From an uncultured Planctomycetaceae bacterium (GTDB lineage: Bacteria; Planctomycetota; Planctomycetia; Planctomycetales; Planctomycetaceae): a DNA stretch of 64,000 nucleotides. This document shows positions 1 to 10,755 of this stretch, one piece after another; positions within the stretch are counted from its first letter, which is position 1, and each line of letters opens with the position of its first letter. The stretch covers positions 460,069 to 524,068 of the forward strand of contig CAWFAK010000016.1 of NCBI GenBank assembly GCA_963813715.1. Reading direction: 5' to 3'. Both the position numbers and the translations under genes were made by a program. The notes under the pieces are model-generated. The model did no database searches and had not been told where the DNA came from. It saw only the letters and a list, made by a program, of their open reading frames with translations.

Positions 1-2
1 AA

Positions 3-698
3 TCTCCCCGTGATGCGTCTTCCGCCTTTGATCTGCTCTATCGGGAGGGGCTTTTGTTTGGCGTCGTGGATTACATGGATGCATGGAACCATTACAAGGC
101 GCTGATCGGTCTCAAGCCGGACGAAATCGAGGATCCGGGACGCAAAGCGGAGCGTCTGCGACGCACCCCGCAAGCCGCATACGACGACGATTCACGCGTG
201 CGAGAGTTTTTACGCGTCAAGTCGCTGCGCGGCGACGACATCGCGAAAGCGATGCCCAAGCTCACGGAGCGGATCCTGGCGGGCGAGCGTGAAAGCCGCG
301 CTCGCGAGAAGCGAAACCCTCCTGATCCCGGCCTGACGGCGGTATTCGCCGCCATGAGCCTTCTGTTTCCTTCGTCAACGGCGCCGGTGGCTCGGGCCTA
401 TCGGTGGAATGCCCAGATGATGAAAACGTTCGACGGCAACCGCGTGACCGTCGGAATGACGCCCGCCAACGTCGAAGCGTTGTTTGGGAAGCCGTTGCTC
501 CGCCAGGAACTGCGGGATGGCACTTCCGCCGCAATCTATGGTCCCCGGGACACGAAGAATCTTACGATTGTGCCGCCCTATGTCGCTTGTAGCCCAGTGC
601 TGGTTGTTTATCGTCACGGCGGGGTGATTCGCGTGTTGAGCAATTCGTTCTTCGACGGGGCCTGGCTGGAGACTGTGTGGCCCGACCTGAAATCGTAG
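3..698 (+). CDS. hypothetical protein, 5'-truncated by the window edge; C-terminal SmpA/BamE-like motif
   Basis: Frame is open from position 3 with no stop; motif GMTPANVEALFGKP. Confidence 0.5.
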   Translation, partial: SPRDASSAFDLLYREGLLFGVVDYMDAWNHYKALIGLKPDEIEDPGRKAERLRRTPQAAYDDDSRVREFLRVKSLRGDDIAKAMPKLTERILAGERESRAREKRNPPDPGLTAVFAAMSLLFPSSTAPVARAYRWNAQMMKTFDGNRVTVGMTPANVEALFGKPLLRQELRDGTSAAIYGPRDTKNLTIVPPYVACSPVLVVYRHGGVIRVLSNSFFDGAWLETVWPDLKS

Positions 699-737
699 CA
701 GTGACTCTAGACTAGATTTGTAACCCGACGTGACGTC

Positions 738-2083
738 ATGCCGCATCCCTTGTTCGAAATCCCTGAGCTGGCCAACCTGGAGACGGGGCTCGGGCTGGTG
801 CGGATTCCGATGGAGTTGGACGTGCCGTTCACGCCGCGCGTCCGGGCGATCGTCGATACGCCGCAGTTTCAGCGGTTGAAGCACATTACGCAGCTGGGGC
901 TCGCGTCGCGAGTCTATCCGGGGGCCACGCACACGCGGTTCGAGCATGCGCTGGGCGTCTTTTACAACGCCGTCCGCTATCTCCGGCAGCTCGGCAAGGA
1001 TCCGCGGTTTCGCGAGGTCATCGATCGGCACCGGGCGGAGGTGCTGTTGTGCGCGGCCCTGCTGCACGACGTCGGGCATTGGCCCTTTTGTCACCCGATC
1101 GAGGACATGGGACTTGACGATCTGCCGCCGCACGAGGAATTTGCCGCCCATTTTCTCGCGGACACGAGCGAACTGAGCTTCGTGCTGCGGGAGCAATGGG
1201 AGGTCGAGTCGCAGGAAGTGCTCGACATCGTGACCGCGCGGGACGAATCGCCGTCGGGCCGCTTGTTGCATTCGATCCTTTCCGGCCCGATCGACATCGA
1301 CAAAATGGATTACCTCGATCGGGACAGCCTGCACGCCGGCGTTCCCTACGGCCGCAATTTCGACCGCAATCGGCTGATCCAGTCGCTCCTCTTGAACGAG
1401 GCGCAAAACGGGCTGGCCATTTCGACCAAGGGAAAGACGGCCGCCGAGCTGATGGTGTTTGCCCGCTACGTGATGTTCAGCGAGGTCTACTGGCACCACG
1501 CCGTCCGCTCGGCCACGAGCATGTTCGCCCGAGCGTTCTTCGAGCTGCGGGGAAAACTCGACCTCAAATCGTTCTTCCAGCTCAGCGAATCGGAATCGAT
1601 CACTCGCCTGGTCCAGGCGGCCGCCGGGACGCGCTGCGCCCGCTGCTCGAGGCGCTGTTCGGCGCACGGCGCGAGCTCTACAAGCGGGTGGCCGAATTCA
1701 GCCTCTACCAACTTCCGGAGACCTATCGGTTGCTCGCGCGGCGGCCGTACGGGTACCTCGTCGAGTGTGCCGAAACGCTGGCCGAACAGCTGGCGGAAGA
1801 ACTGGGCGAGCAGGTGCAGCCGACGGACGTGCTGATCGACGCCCCGCCGCCCGATCGCGAGATCGAATTCAACGTCGAAATCTTCTTCCCCAAAGAGGGC
1901 GTTTACCGGCCGCTGCACACCGTCTCGCCGGTGGTCGAAGCGCTCGCCCGGACCCAGTTCGACGATTACGTCAAACGCGTGCGGGTCTTCGCCCACCCGC
2001 GCTGGGCGAAGCAGATCAACGATTCGGGCGCCTTCTCACGCTGCCTGGCGACCGCCATTTCCGAGACCAGTGACTCGCGGTAG
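738..2083 (+). CDS. HD-domain phosphohydrolase (dNTP triphosphohydrolase-like), frameshift near 1630
   Basis: Motifs FQRLKHITQLG, HTRFEHALG, LLHDVGH, IDIDKMDYLDRDS, VYWHHAVR; C-terminus continues in ORF 1196..2083. Confidence 0.85.
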
Positions 2084-2239
2084 CGGCCGATTCCCACGGG
2101 CCTACGGCTGTTCGCCGAAGAAAAAGACACCCCGAACGGGCGGCGTGTGCGCATCTTGCCCGATTTGGCCGTCTTTGCTAAAAGACCTGCCGCCAACGCA
2201 TCCCTGCCTTACTCGCGGTCCTTCGCGGAGCGAAGTTCG

Positions 2240-3118
2240 ATGAACGACACGATGTCGAATGTCTCCATCTCGAACGTTCCGCCGTCGAGCGTTCCACTGC
2301 CCGCTGCCTCGCCCCGACGCCTGACGATCGGTCGCCTGGTCTTGATCGGGGCCGCAGCTTTGCCGTTTGCGGCATCCCTCGGTTTCTGCTCGATCGAGCG
2401 CAAGCCGAATCCGCTCCGCGATTCGGTCGAGCGTCCGGCGGTCGTCTTCGATCAGTACCTCGTCAACCTGGGCGAGATTCACAACACGGCCCGGGCCGAA
2501 GCCAAGTTCCGCTTCAAGAATTGCGGCAGCTTCCCCGTGCGGATCACGAACGTGACGCCCAGCTGCAATTGCCTCTCGCCGAAGATCGAAAAACGGGCCT
2601 ATGCGCCGGGCGAAATCAGCGAGTTCACGCTCGGCGTCTTGACCACGCATCAGACGCCGGGCCAGCACGAGTACCTGGTCACGATCGACTACGAAGATCC
2701 GCAGCCGCGCTCGGTGACGGTCACGTTCAAGCTGACCATCCGCCGCGAAGTCACGCTGAGCCCGGGGCAATTGATCATCTATCAGAACGGCCATACGGAG
2801 ACGGAGCAAAAGGTCCAGCTCACGGACATGCGGCCCAAGCCCTTCCGCGTGACGTCGGCCTACTGCCGCTCCAAGCTCGTCAAAGTCGAGCTGGGAAAGA
2901 CGGTCGACGATCCGGAAGGGGGCCGCGAGACGACGGTCATCGTCCGCGTGGCCGCGCAGGTGCCCGCCGCGGGCGAAGACTGCTCGGTCTACATCACGAC
3001 CGACGATCCGCACTATCCGAAGATTCCCGTGCCGCTGCGGATTCGCGACGTAACGGCGAAGGTCACGCCGCCCGCCGAGAGCGAGACGCACGCCGCGCTG
3101 CCCGGGGCCGCTCATTGA
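2240..3118 (+). CDS. DUF1573-domain (Ig-like) membrane-anchored protein
   Basis: FRFKNCGSFPVRITNVTPSCNC motif after a hydrophobic helix; start codon uncertain. Confidence 0.7.
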   Translation: MNDTMSNVSISNVPPSSVPLPAASPRRLTIGRLVLIGAAALPFAASLGFCSIERKPNPLRDSVERPAVVFDQYLVNLGEIHNTARAEAKFRFKNCGSFPVRITNVTPSCNCLSPKIEKRAYAPGEISEFTLGVLTTHQTPGQHEYLVTIDYEDPQPRSVTVTFKLTIRREVTLSPGQLIIYQNGHTETEQKVQLTDMRPKPFRVTSAYCRSKLVKVELGKTVDDPEGGRETTVIVRVAAQVPAAGEDCSVYITTDDPHYPKIPVPLRIRDVTAKVTPPAESETHAALPGAAH

Positions 3119-3588
3119 TGCCGGCCGCCGGTGCGTCGGATGAGGGGCCGACGGACGAGGCACGGGCGGACGACGATCGCGAGCGCATCGCGCTGGCAAT
3201 CCAGCAACCCTGGGCCGAGCTGATCCTCCGCGGGATCAAAACCCTCGAGATTCGTTCGCAGCCGACACGGCAGCGCGGCACGATCCTGTTGTACGCGAGC
3301 AAACGTGTGTCGGCCCTGCCGGCGGCGCACGCGGCGGTACGCCGTCTCGATCTGGATGTCGAGTCGTTGCCCCGCGGGAAAGTCGTGGGGTCCGTCGATT
3401 TGATCGACTGCCGACTCGCGCGTTCCAGCGATCAGCCGGCGGCCTGCGTCGGGGCTGAGCTCTTGAAGGGACAATTCGCCTACGAGGTCGTTCGTCCGCG
3501 GCGATTCGCCACGCCACGAGCCCCGCGATTTCTGCCGTATGGCGTCTGGTTCTATCCGTTCAAACGCCGGCCGAAACGGGATCGCTAA
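3118..3588 (+). CDS. ASCH-domain protein
   Basis: ALAIQQPWAELILRGIKTLEIRS...RGTILLYAS...GKVVGSVDL; TGATG overlap with the upstream stop. Confidence 0.85.
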   Translation: MPAAGASDEGPTDEARADDDRERIALAIQQPWAELILRGIKTLEIRSQPTRQRGTILLYASKRVSALPAAHAAVRRLDLDVESLPRGKVVGSVDLIDCRLARSSDQPAACVGAELLKGQFAYEVVRPRRFATPRAPRFLPYGVWFYPFKRRPKRDR

Positions 3589-3630
3589 CCGTTCGCGACG
3601 ACGACGCGCGGGCGTCGCGCTAGCCCGTCG

Positions 3631-3834
3631 CTATTTGATGAGAATCAGCTTGCCGTTGCGGGTGACCTGCAGGCGATAGATTTTCTCGTCGTGGCGGATC
3701 TGGACTTCGCGGGCGCCCTGAAAGAGGTCGGCCGAATTGACCGTGCGCTGGGGCAAACTTTCGCTCGGCACCGCGTGAAACTCGGAGGGCCTGAGCGGAT
3801 TGTGATCGGACGCGGGGGCAGGGTCTGAGTTCAT
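3631..3834 (-). CDS. hemP: hemin uptake protein HemP
   Basis: SADLFQGAREVQIRHDEKIYRLQVTRNGKLILIK signature. Confidence 0.9.
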   Translation of the reverse strand: MNSDPAPASDHNPLRPSEFHAVPSESLPQRTVNSADLFQGAREVQIRHDEKIYRLQVTRNGKLILIK

Positions 3835-3900
3835 ATTTAGCGCACGACCTCCCAGCGGACGGCGGGCGAAAACCGAGTTGCATGGGAGCAATCTATTGCA

Positions 3901-3919
3901 ATTGAGACTCAGTGTCAAC
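3901..3919. promoter_or_regulatory. Fur-box-like 19-bp palindrome upstream of hemP
   Basis: ATTGAGACTCAGTGTCAAC, a 9-1-9 near-palindrome of the TTGAnAnTnAnTnTCAA type, about 65 bp before the hemP start. Confidence 0.65.
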
Positions 3920-4043
3920 AAACTGAGCCGTCCCTGAGCCCTGAATTCGGCGATCAGTCTCTTTCCGCCTCGTCAGCGCGCCCCCGCTCCCGGCCGGCCA
4001 GCACCCGCGTCACCAAATCTGCGAAATCGCGAGGATAGCCCTC

Positions 4044-5364
4044 ATGCCGCAGCCCGGCAACTTCAATAAGCCCGTCCTTCGGGACTGGCACGTCTGGGTC
4101 GTCAACGAGAATGCCGATGGAAGCCGGCGGTGATCGCGATCCGGGAGATCTGCGGCTGCTGGAAACCCGCGTTCCGACACGCCCGTCGAACGCTTCACGA
4201 ACCGCGTGTTCGCCTACTGCGATGTCTTTCCGGACGGCCGCGTGCTGCCCAACGACACCCTGGGGAGTTGGGGGTCGTTTCCACACTTGATCGACCCGTG
4301 CGCGCTCTTCATCCCGTTGCCTGCGGATCGCGCGGCGCTCACCAAAGGATGGTCGAGGGCCATGCCCGGCTGTGCCTTGCCGGAGCGCGGCGAGCGAATC
4401 TTCAAATGCGCAATCGATCCAACGGCACGCTCGGAGGGCCCCGTCGTGATCAACTGCACCGAGCACGATCCGATGCACGCGGCCTACGATCAAAAGGAGT
4501 CACGCCGGTGTGTGTTCGACGTCGCCGCTGGTCGCCTGCTGGAATACACGCGCGAATCCGACGAGCGCGGCGCCCGCAAAGGCCAGCCGCGCTTGCACCG
4601 CCACTCGGTCTTCAAGCTGAAGTCGGTCAGCCACAAACCACTCGTGTGGATCAACGCGCTGAAGAAGGAATCGGAGCAATTGTTCCTCCGGAAACGGGAA
4701 TACGATCAGCTCGCAGACGAATGCCTGCGGACGCGGACCGTCAAGGCATGCCGGGAGCTGACCGATCGAACGCGCGAGCGAGTCCTCACGGCCCAGAAGT
4801 CGGCGACCGTGGATCCGGTGCGAGAGCAGTACGTCGCCTTTCTCAAGATGGTCGATCGCGACACAACCTTTGCTCTCGATGACGCCCGGCTCAAGGAGAC
4901 ACTCTACGCCCGCGGGCCGGCGACCTGGGAATTGACGGCATTCGACGGCAGCAAGCATCGCCTCAGCGAATACCGCGGAAAGGTCGTGGTCCTCGATTTC
5001 TGGTTTGCCAACTGTGGCTGGTGCATCAAGTCGTACCCGCAGGTCAACGATATCGCCAGAAAGTACAAGCACCGAGGGGTCGTCGTCTTCGGGATGAACA
5101 CCGACGCCCCGGAGGAAGCGGACCTCGCGCGGAACGTGATCCGCGAGATGGCCCTCACCTACACCAATCTAAAAGCCAGGCCCGCTCTCCCCTTCTATCA
5201 AGACGAGGCCGCCAAGCATTTCATCGGCGGCGCCGACGCTGTTCATCCTCGATCAGACGGGAAAAATCGCCGAGATCCACGAAGGCTATCGAGTGGACCT
5301 CGTCCAGCGGATCGGCCAAACGATCGACCGCCTGCTCGCCAACCAGGCCGCGCCTCCGAAGTGA
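4044..5364 (+). CDS. TlpA/redoxin-family thiol-disulfide oxidoreductase with long N-terminal domain, several frameshifts
   Basis: YRGKVVVLDFWFANCGWC (CxxC); C-terminus PTLFILDQTGKI...* in another frame ends at 5364; start uncertain. Confidence 0.7.
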
Positions 5365-5479
5365 CTCGCGCAGTCACCGCGCCGATCGGAGTCCCAGAAT
5401 CGCGCCCGTTGCCCGACCAATCGCTCACGATTTGCAAATTCGGATTGAATCGAAGCGTTCGCACAATGGGCCGCCGACG

Positions 5480-7150
5480 TCACGACGCGGGGCGGTGCCA
5501 GCGGAACAAGAGTCCGATTTCGTCCATGCGGAAGGCGCGAGCGAGGCCGAAATAAGTCGCCAGCGAAGCGCCCACCGGCGCGCCGACGCGGCACAACCGC
5601 GCGGCCCAACTGTGGCCCGTCGGGCAACAGGCAAGCGCGATCAGGCAGACAATTGTCATCGCTGCCGTCGCGGTGCCGGTCTGCAAACAGCTGCGACGCA
5701 GCGCCCGCCAGTCGAGACGACCGACGCGCAGTTCAAACACCCAGAGCACGAGGCCGCACTGCACGATCGATGAGACGGCCGTCGCGAGCGCCAACCCGCC
5801 CCCGCCCATCGGCCAGATTAGCGTCACGTCGAGCGTCAGGTTGATCGCCATCCCCACCAGGCTCATCAGCAGCGGGGAACGGCGGTCACCGACGGCGTAG
5901 AATCCGCGATGGACGATGAGCAACGCGCAATAGGCCCACACCGCGCAGCCGAACATGCGGACCATGTCGGTCGTCTGACGGACCGCCTCGTCGTCGAAGG
6001 TGCCGTGCTGAAACAACAGAATCGTGAGCGGCCGCGCGAGCACGACGAGTCCCGCGCTCGCCGGCACACTGATGAACAGCACCAGCTTCAGCCCCCGCGC
6101 TAAATCCTCGCGGAGTTTGTCCATCCGATATTCGGCCGCATGTTGCGACAGAATGGGAAACAACACCGTCCCCAGGGCTACGCCGAACACGCCCAGCGGG
6201 AATTGATAGACCCTCGCGCCGAAGTAGAGGGCCGAGGCCGTCCCTGGATCGAGCGGATACGCCAGCCCGCCCGGCAGCCAGGGAATGGTGCCCGCGGATT
6301 CCGGCCGCGTGAAGCCCCACGCCGCCAGTCCGTCCAGAAGTGAATTGAGCTGCGTGACCGACAGGCCGATCGTGACCGCGAACATGGCCCGCCCTATCTC
6401 GGCCAGTCGCCCGTCGGCGAGGCGCCAATCGGAAACGTAGCGATATCCCAAGCGGCGCAAGGTCGAGAGCGGCGCTGCCAATTGGAAGAAGCCCGACGCC
6501 ACGATCGCCACGGACACCGCGTAGATCTTGGCCGTCGGCGATTCGATAAAAGGCACCCACAGCCACAGGCTGGCGATCCAGACGACGTTGAGCAGCACCG
6601 GCTCCAATGACGGCCACCAGAAGTGATTGAGGCCGTACATTACCGCGTTGAGCTGCGCGACGACGCACACCAGGATCAAGTACGGCAGCAGGACGGCCGT
6701 CAGCCCCAGCAGGATGCGGAGGTCCGACCCCGGCGTGCTGCCCAGCCACATCAACAGCACGATCAGCTCGCCGGCGATGACCAAGAGCGTCAGGCCGATG
6801 GCCAGCACCGCCAGCACGCCGCTGGCCAGCCGCCAGCCGGCGTCGGCCCCCTTGTGCATTCGCTCCTGCAGAAAGGCAGGCAGAAAGGCGGCCGTGAGCG
6901 CGCCTTCGCCGAACATGCCGCGGGCCAGACCGGGGACGCGGAAGGCGACGGAGAATGCGTCCATCAGCGCGCCGTTGCCGAAGACGGCCGCCATCGCCAC
7001 ATCGCGGACCAGACCGAGCACGCGGCTGGCCACCGTCAAGAGGCTGACAGTCCGCAGGCCGGCCGTTACTCCGCGGCTGCCGCCGGCGGTGGACGCGGCG
7101 CGTTCCGGGGAGTTATCGCACGACGGGCTCGAACCGGGCGCGGTTGACAT
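5480..7150 (-). CDS. murJ: lipid II flippase MurJ (MviN)
   Basis: SRVLGLVRD, DAFSVAFRVP...FGEGALTAAFLP, YQFPLGVFG motifs; many TM helices; start uncertain. Confidence 0.93.
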   Translation of the reverse strand: MSTAPGSSPSCDNSPERAASTAGGSRGVTAGLRTVSLLTVASRVLGLVRDVAMAAVFGNGALMDAFSVAFRVPGLARGMFGEGALTAAFLPAFLQERMHKGADAGWRLASGVLAVLAIGLTLLVIAGELIVLLMWLGSTPGSDLRILLGLTAVLLPYLILVCVVAQLNAVMYGLNHFWWPSLEPVLLNVVWIASLWLWVPFIESPTAKIYAVSVAIVASGFFQLAAPLSTLRRLGYRYVSDWRLADGRLAEIGRAMFAVTIGLSVTQLNSLLDGLAAWGFTRPESAGTIPWLPGGLAYPLDPGTASALYFGARVYQFPLGVFGVALGTVLFPILSQHAAEYRMDKLREDLARGLKLVLFISVPASAGLVVLARPLTILLFQHGTFDDEAVRQTTDMVRMFGCAVWAYCALLIVHRGFYAVGDRRSPLLMSLVGMAINLTLDVTLIWPMGGGGLALATAVSSIVQCGLVLWVFELRVGRLDWRALRRSCLQTGTATAAMTIVCLIALACCPTGHSWAARLCRVGAPVGASLATYFGLARAFRMDEIGLLFRWHRPAS

Positions 7151-7550
7151 CGAGTTGCGCCAGGATATCAACCACGCGATCCGTCGGCAGGCCCCAATCG
7201 ATGGCCCAATTGATGATGTCGAGGTTTTCGTGCCCCGCGTACACCCGATCGAGCACGCGATCCACCAGGCAATCGCCGCTGGCGATCAGCGCGTCGATCT
7301 TGCCGAAGGGCTCGTCGTCGAACTCGGCCCAGCGTTTGCGGCCGCGCAGATGTTCGATGCGGCGATAACGGCAGTACGCGCGCCAGTATTTGCGATACCA
7401 GTCGCGGATGGCCTGGTCGCCCAGGTCGCGTCCGTGTTTCTGGCTTTCGATCCACTTATGACGTTGAGCTTCGCGCCGCGCTTCTTCGTGAATGCTGGCC
7501 GAACGCCCCGATAGCACTGCCTGAGATAACACTGCCTGAGAGCACATCAT
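7113..7550 (-). CDS. conserved hypothetical protein (DUF4032-like HKWIESQ motif)
   Basis: EAQRHKWIESQKHGRDLGDQAIRDW; strong codon bias. Confidence 0.65.
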   Translation of the reverse strand: MMCSQAVLSQAVLSGRSASIHEEARREAQRHKWIESQKHGRDLGDQAIRDWYRKYWRAYCRYRRIEHLRGRKRWAEFDDEPFGKIDALIASGDCLVDRVLDRVYAGHENLDIINWAIDWGLPTDRVVDILAQLDVNRARFEPVVR

Positions 7551-7678
7551 CCACCTCCGGCCGTCGCCGTCGTCTGCGGTGACCGGCAATTCATTTGTCA
7601 GCGCTTGAGCCCAGGCTCCCTACTTCCAGACGGGTGTCCTGAGCAACGGTGTGGAGTGTCGTTCGGGACTATAGCCGG

Positions 7679-8695
7679 TCATTTTCGCTGGGACAAGGCA
7701 GATGTCCCGGCCAGCTTCACCAGCAGTGTCTCGAGCACTTGCCTTTCGGGAATGAGGAACGCACCCTTGAGCGCGCTATCGGCTTCGAGCAAGCGAGACG
7801 AGATCCGCTGCGCCTCCGCGCGACCGAGCCGCCGTAAGTACGCGGCCGATTCGCCGATTTCCCGGGGGAAGACGCCCGCTTCTCCCAGAGCGCGGTCGAG
7901 CGAAGTCCCCTGGCCCGATAAGGCGACGGCCTGCGCTAACCGACGGAATACGAACGTAAGGCCGCCGAGAATTTTGTGCGCCGACTCACCCGCGTCGAGC
8001 AGTTGATTGAGCAGGTCGAGGGCCTCGCCCGTTTCGCCGCGACGGACGGCCGCCGCGATCGACCAGGTCGTTTCGGTGGCCCAGCCGCCGACCAGCGTTT
8101 CGACGTCGGCGATTTCGATCGTCGTCCGCTGGCCCACGTAGGCGGACAGTTTGGCCAGTTCCTGTTCCAGCAGGCCCAGGTCGCCGCCGGCCAGCTCGTA
8201 AATCAAATTGGCCGTCTCGCGAGTGACCGATTTGCCGTGCGCGGTCTTGGCCGTCTCGGCGATCCAGCGCACGAGATCGCTGCCGGACAGCGGCCCGCAT
8301 TCCACTTCCAGGCCGACCTTGGGCACCGCCTTGGCCAGGCGGGTCGTTTTGGGCCAGGCCTTCACGTCGAGCACCAGCACCGAGTTTTTGGCCGGTTTCT
8401 GCAGGTATTTCTCCAGCCCTTCGCGATTCTGCGAGACGAAACGGTCGGCATCGTCGAGGATGACCAGCCGGCTGCTCCCCCACATCGAAATGGTCCGCAG
8501 CTCGTCGCACACGGTCTTGAGGTCGGCCTGGTCGCCGGCAAATCGAGTCAGCCCCAAATGTTCCTCGTCCTCGCCCAAAACCAGTCGGCACAAACGCTCG
8601 AAGACGGCCCGCTTCAGGTACTGTTCTTCCCCAAATAGGACGGCGATGACGCCGACTTTTTGCTCGGAGGACTTCAAAAACGCGGTCGCGTGCAT
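7679..8695 (-). CDS. holA: DNA polymerase III subunit delta
   Basis: LFGEEQYL, TISMWGSSRLVIL, LEQELAKLSAY, LLEADSALKG; 338 aa. Confidence 0.9.
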   Translation of the reverse strand: MHATAFLKSSEQKVGVIAVLFGEEQYLKRAVFERLCRLVLGEDEEHLGLTRFAGDQADLKTVCDELRTISMWGSSRLVILDDADRFVSQNREGLEKYLQKPAKNSVLVLDVKAWPKTTRLAKAVPKVGLEVECGPLSGSDLVRWIAETAKTAHGKSVTRETANLIYELAGGDLGLLEQELAKLSAYVGQRTTIEIADVETLVGGWATETTWSIAAAVRRGETGEALDLLNQLLDAGESAHKILGGLTFVFRRLAQAVALSGQGTSLDRALGEAGVFPREIGESAAYLRRLGRAEAQRISSRLLEADSALKGAFLIPERQVLETLLVKLAGTSALSQRK

Positions 8696-8752
8696 TGGGG
8701 ATTGACCTGCCAGAGAGCGACGCCTACAGTCGCCGCCCGATTACAGCACTGG

Positions 8753-10087
8753 ATGCCGGCGATGGCAATCGACGTCGAGAGCAAGGCCTACATTTGCCCC
8801 GGCGAGACGCACGCGATTTCGCGATCCGTGCACCTCGCCCGGCTGGCCGCGGCCTTTCCGCCATGTCGCGAGTGTCCACTCCGCGAGGACGGGACGCGAT
8901 TCGCTGTCCGCGATCTGCCCATTGTCGAACCGGACCCGCCCGCGCTCCGCCGTCGCGAGCTGCCGGCGACCGAGGGACTGCGCGGCGTCTTTCTCAACGA
9001 CATCACCCGTCACTTCGCCGAGAGGGTTGCCGCGCGATTTGCCGAGATGTTGTGGGAGCGAGCGCCGGTGCGCGGTCCCAACGACGGCATCGACCGCGGG
9101 GCGCGAGTGGCGCGGCCGACGGTCGTCGTCGGCTATGACGACCGCCCCTCGTCGCCGACGATCTTCGCGGCGGCCGTTGCCGGTTTGCGGCGGATGGGTT
9201 GCCACGTGCTCGACGTTGGCCTGGTGACCAAGCCTTGCTTCTGGTTCGCCGTCGCTCAGGTGCATGCTTCGGGCGGACTGTTCGTGACCGGCTCGGGCGC
9301 GGAGCCCGCGTGGACGGGCCTCGATTTTCTCTGGGAAGACGCACGACCCGCGTCTGCGGCGGAGATTGCAGAGCTGCGGAGCGCCGCCCAGCTCGATCGC
9401 GGCCCGTCGCTCGTCCGAAAACGTCCGACACGCAGCGCCGGCACCGAGCGCACGTTTCCCGCCGTCGCTCGTTATGAAGAGTCACTCGCACCGCGGTTTG
9501 CTGACCTCCGCGTCAAGAAGATTGCCTGTGCGTCGTCCTCGGCGCGGGTCGGGGAGGTCCTGCAGCGAATGCTGAAAAAAAATCCCGAGTGCGAGGTGTT
9601 GTATACGGCGCTGCCCGTGAAGATTCGCAACCCGGCCCGGCGACGCGACGAGGGCATCTTGCAGCTTTCGCAGACGGTGCGCGAGCGGCAGGCCCAGCTC
9701 GGCATTCTGTTCGATGATGACGGGCAGCGATGCGGGTTTATCGACGAGCGGGGCCGCCACGTCGCGTCCGCCGCCATCGCCCGCCTGGTCGTCCCGCCTT
9801 TGCTCGCGGAACAGCCGGGCTCGACCGTCGTGTTGGAGCCGGCGGCACTCGTCGAGCTGCGTCCGCTGATTGAGGCGATGGGCGGACGTTGCCAGCCCGG
9901 CGACAGCGACGCTGCCGCGATTGCCGCGGCCGTCCGCGAACACCGGGCGGTCTACGCAGGAGGCGACACGGGCCGCCACTGGTTTTTCGACGGCTACGCG
10001 AACTGCGACGCACTCTTGATCGTCGCCCGTGTGCTCGCTGCGCTCAGCCGTGCAGATCAACCATTCTCTCAACTTGCCGCGACTTAA
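8753..10087 (+). CDS. alpha-D-phosphohexomutase (PGM/PMM)-like protein with degenerate active site and N-terminal Cys motif
   Basis: GLRGV, VVVGYDDRPSS, DVGLVTKP, FDDDGQRC; the TASHNP motif reads TGSGAE. Confidence 0.75.
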   Translation: MPAMAIDVESKAYICPGETHAISRSVHLARLAAAFPPCRECPLREDGTRFAVRDLPIVEPDPPALRRRELPATEGLRGVFLNDITRHFAERVAARFAEMLWERAPVRGPNDGIDRGARVARPTVVVGYDDRPSSPTIFAAAVAGLRRMGCHVLDVGLVTKPCFWFAVAQVHASGGLFVTGSGAEPAWTGLDFLWEDARPASAAEIAELRSAAQLDRGPSLVRKRPTRSAGTERTFPAVARYEESLAPRFADLRVKKIACASSSARVGEVLQRMLKKNPECEVLYTALPVKIRNPARRRDEGILQLSQTVRERQAQLGILFDDDGQRCGFIDERGRHVASAAIARLVVPPLLAEQPGSTVVLEPAALVELRPLIEAMGGRCQPGDSDAAAIAAAVREHRAVYAGGDTGRHWFFDGYANCDALLIVARVLAALSRADQPFSQLAAT

Positions 10088-10170
10088 GTCTTGTCGGGCA
10101 GGCTGCGCCAGCCAATTGCCAATAGGCCGACTACTACGAAGTCGTGAAGGCCGCTACGTGGGACACCCGC

Positions 10171-10755
10171 TCACTCGGGCTCGGCCAGGTGTTCGCGCAG
10201 GCTGGTCATCGCGCGCTTCATCAGCCAGATGAGCGCGTCTTTGGTGACGCCCATCGCCGCCGCGATTTCGACCATCGACTCGCCGTCGAGATAGCGGCGT
10301 CGCAGCGCTTCCTGCTCGTCCGGCGGCAAGAGCGCGATCGCGCGGGTCAAGCGGGCCGACTCTTCGCTCCGCACGACTTGCTGGCTGGCGGTCGCCTGGC
10401 GGGCGGCGTGCACGTCGCCGTCGCTGACTCTTTTTTCGCGATCAATGGCCCGCTTGCCCGCGTGCAGCTGGTTGCGGGCCGCGTTGCGAATGTTGCGTTC
10501 GTGAATTTGTCGCAGCCAGGCGGCGAACTGGGCCGGATCTTGCCCCTCGAACTCGGTGATCTGCTTGTGGACCGACAGGCACGTCTGCTGCACGATATCC
10601 GACGCGTCGAGCCGCGCCGCCGCCCGATCGTCGAGCATGCGATCGGCCAGCCCCCACAAGTAGCCGCGGTAGTTTTGCAACAGTTCGCCGAGCGCCGCCG
10701 GATCGCCGGCGCGGGCTCGATCGATCAACTCACGATTGACGGCCTCAGGCTCCAC
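10171..10755 (-). CDS. ECF sigma-70 factor (planctomycete-type)
   Basis: RARAGDPAALGELL, DASDIVQQT, FAAWLRQI and a region-4 HTH. Confidence 0.9.
   Translation of the reverse strand: MEPEAVNRELIDRARAGDPAALGELLQNYRGYLWGLADRMLDDRAAARLDASDIVQQTCLSVHKQITEFEGQDPAQFAAWLRQIHERNIRNAARNQLHAGKRAIDREKRVSDGDVHAARQATASQQVVRSEESARLTRAIALLPPDEQEALRRRYLDGESMVEIAAAMGVTKDALIWLMKRAMTSLREHLAEPE

Noticed and set aside
738..3588. HD dNTPase plus ASCH as an anti-phage defence module
   Set aside because: Host-like composition, an unrelated DUF1573 gene in between and no other defence or mobility genes nearby; no support from sequence alone.
7510..7540. 15-bp tandem duplication (SQAVL x2)
   Set aside because: Short in-frame slippage in a variable N-terminus; no further structure.
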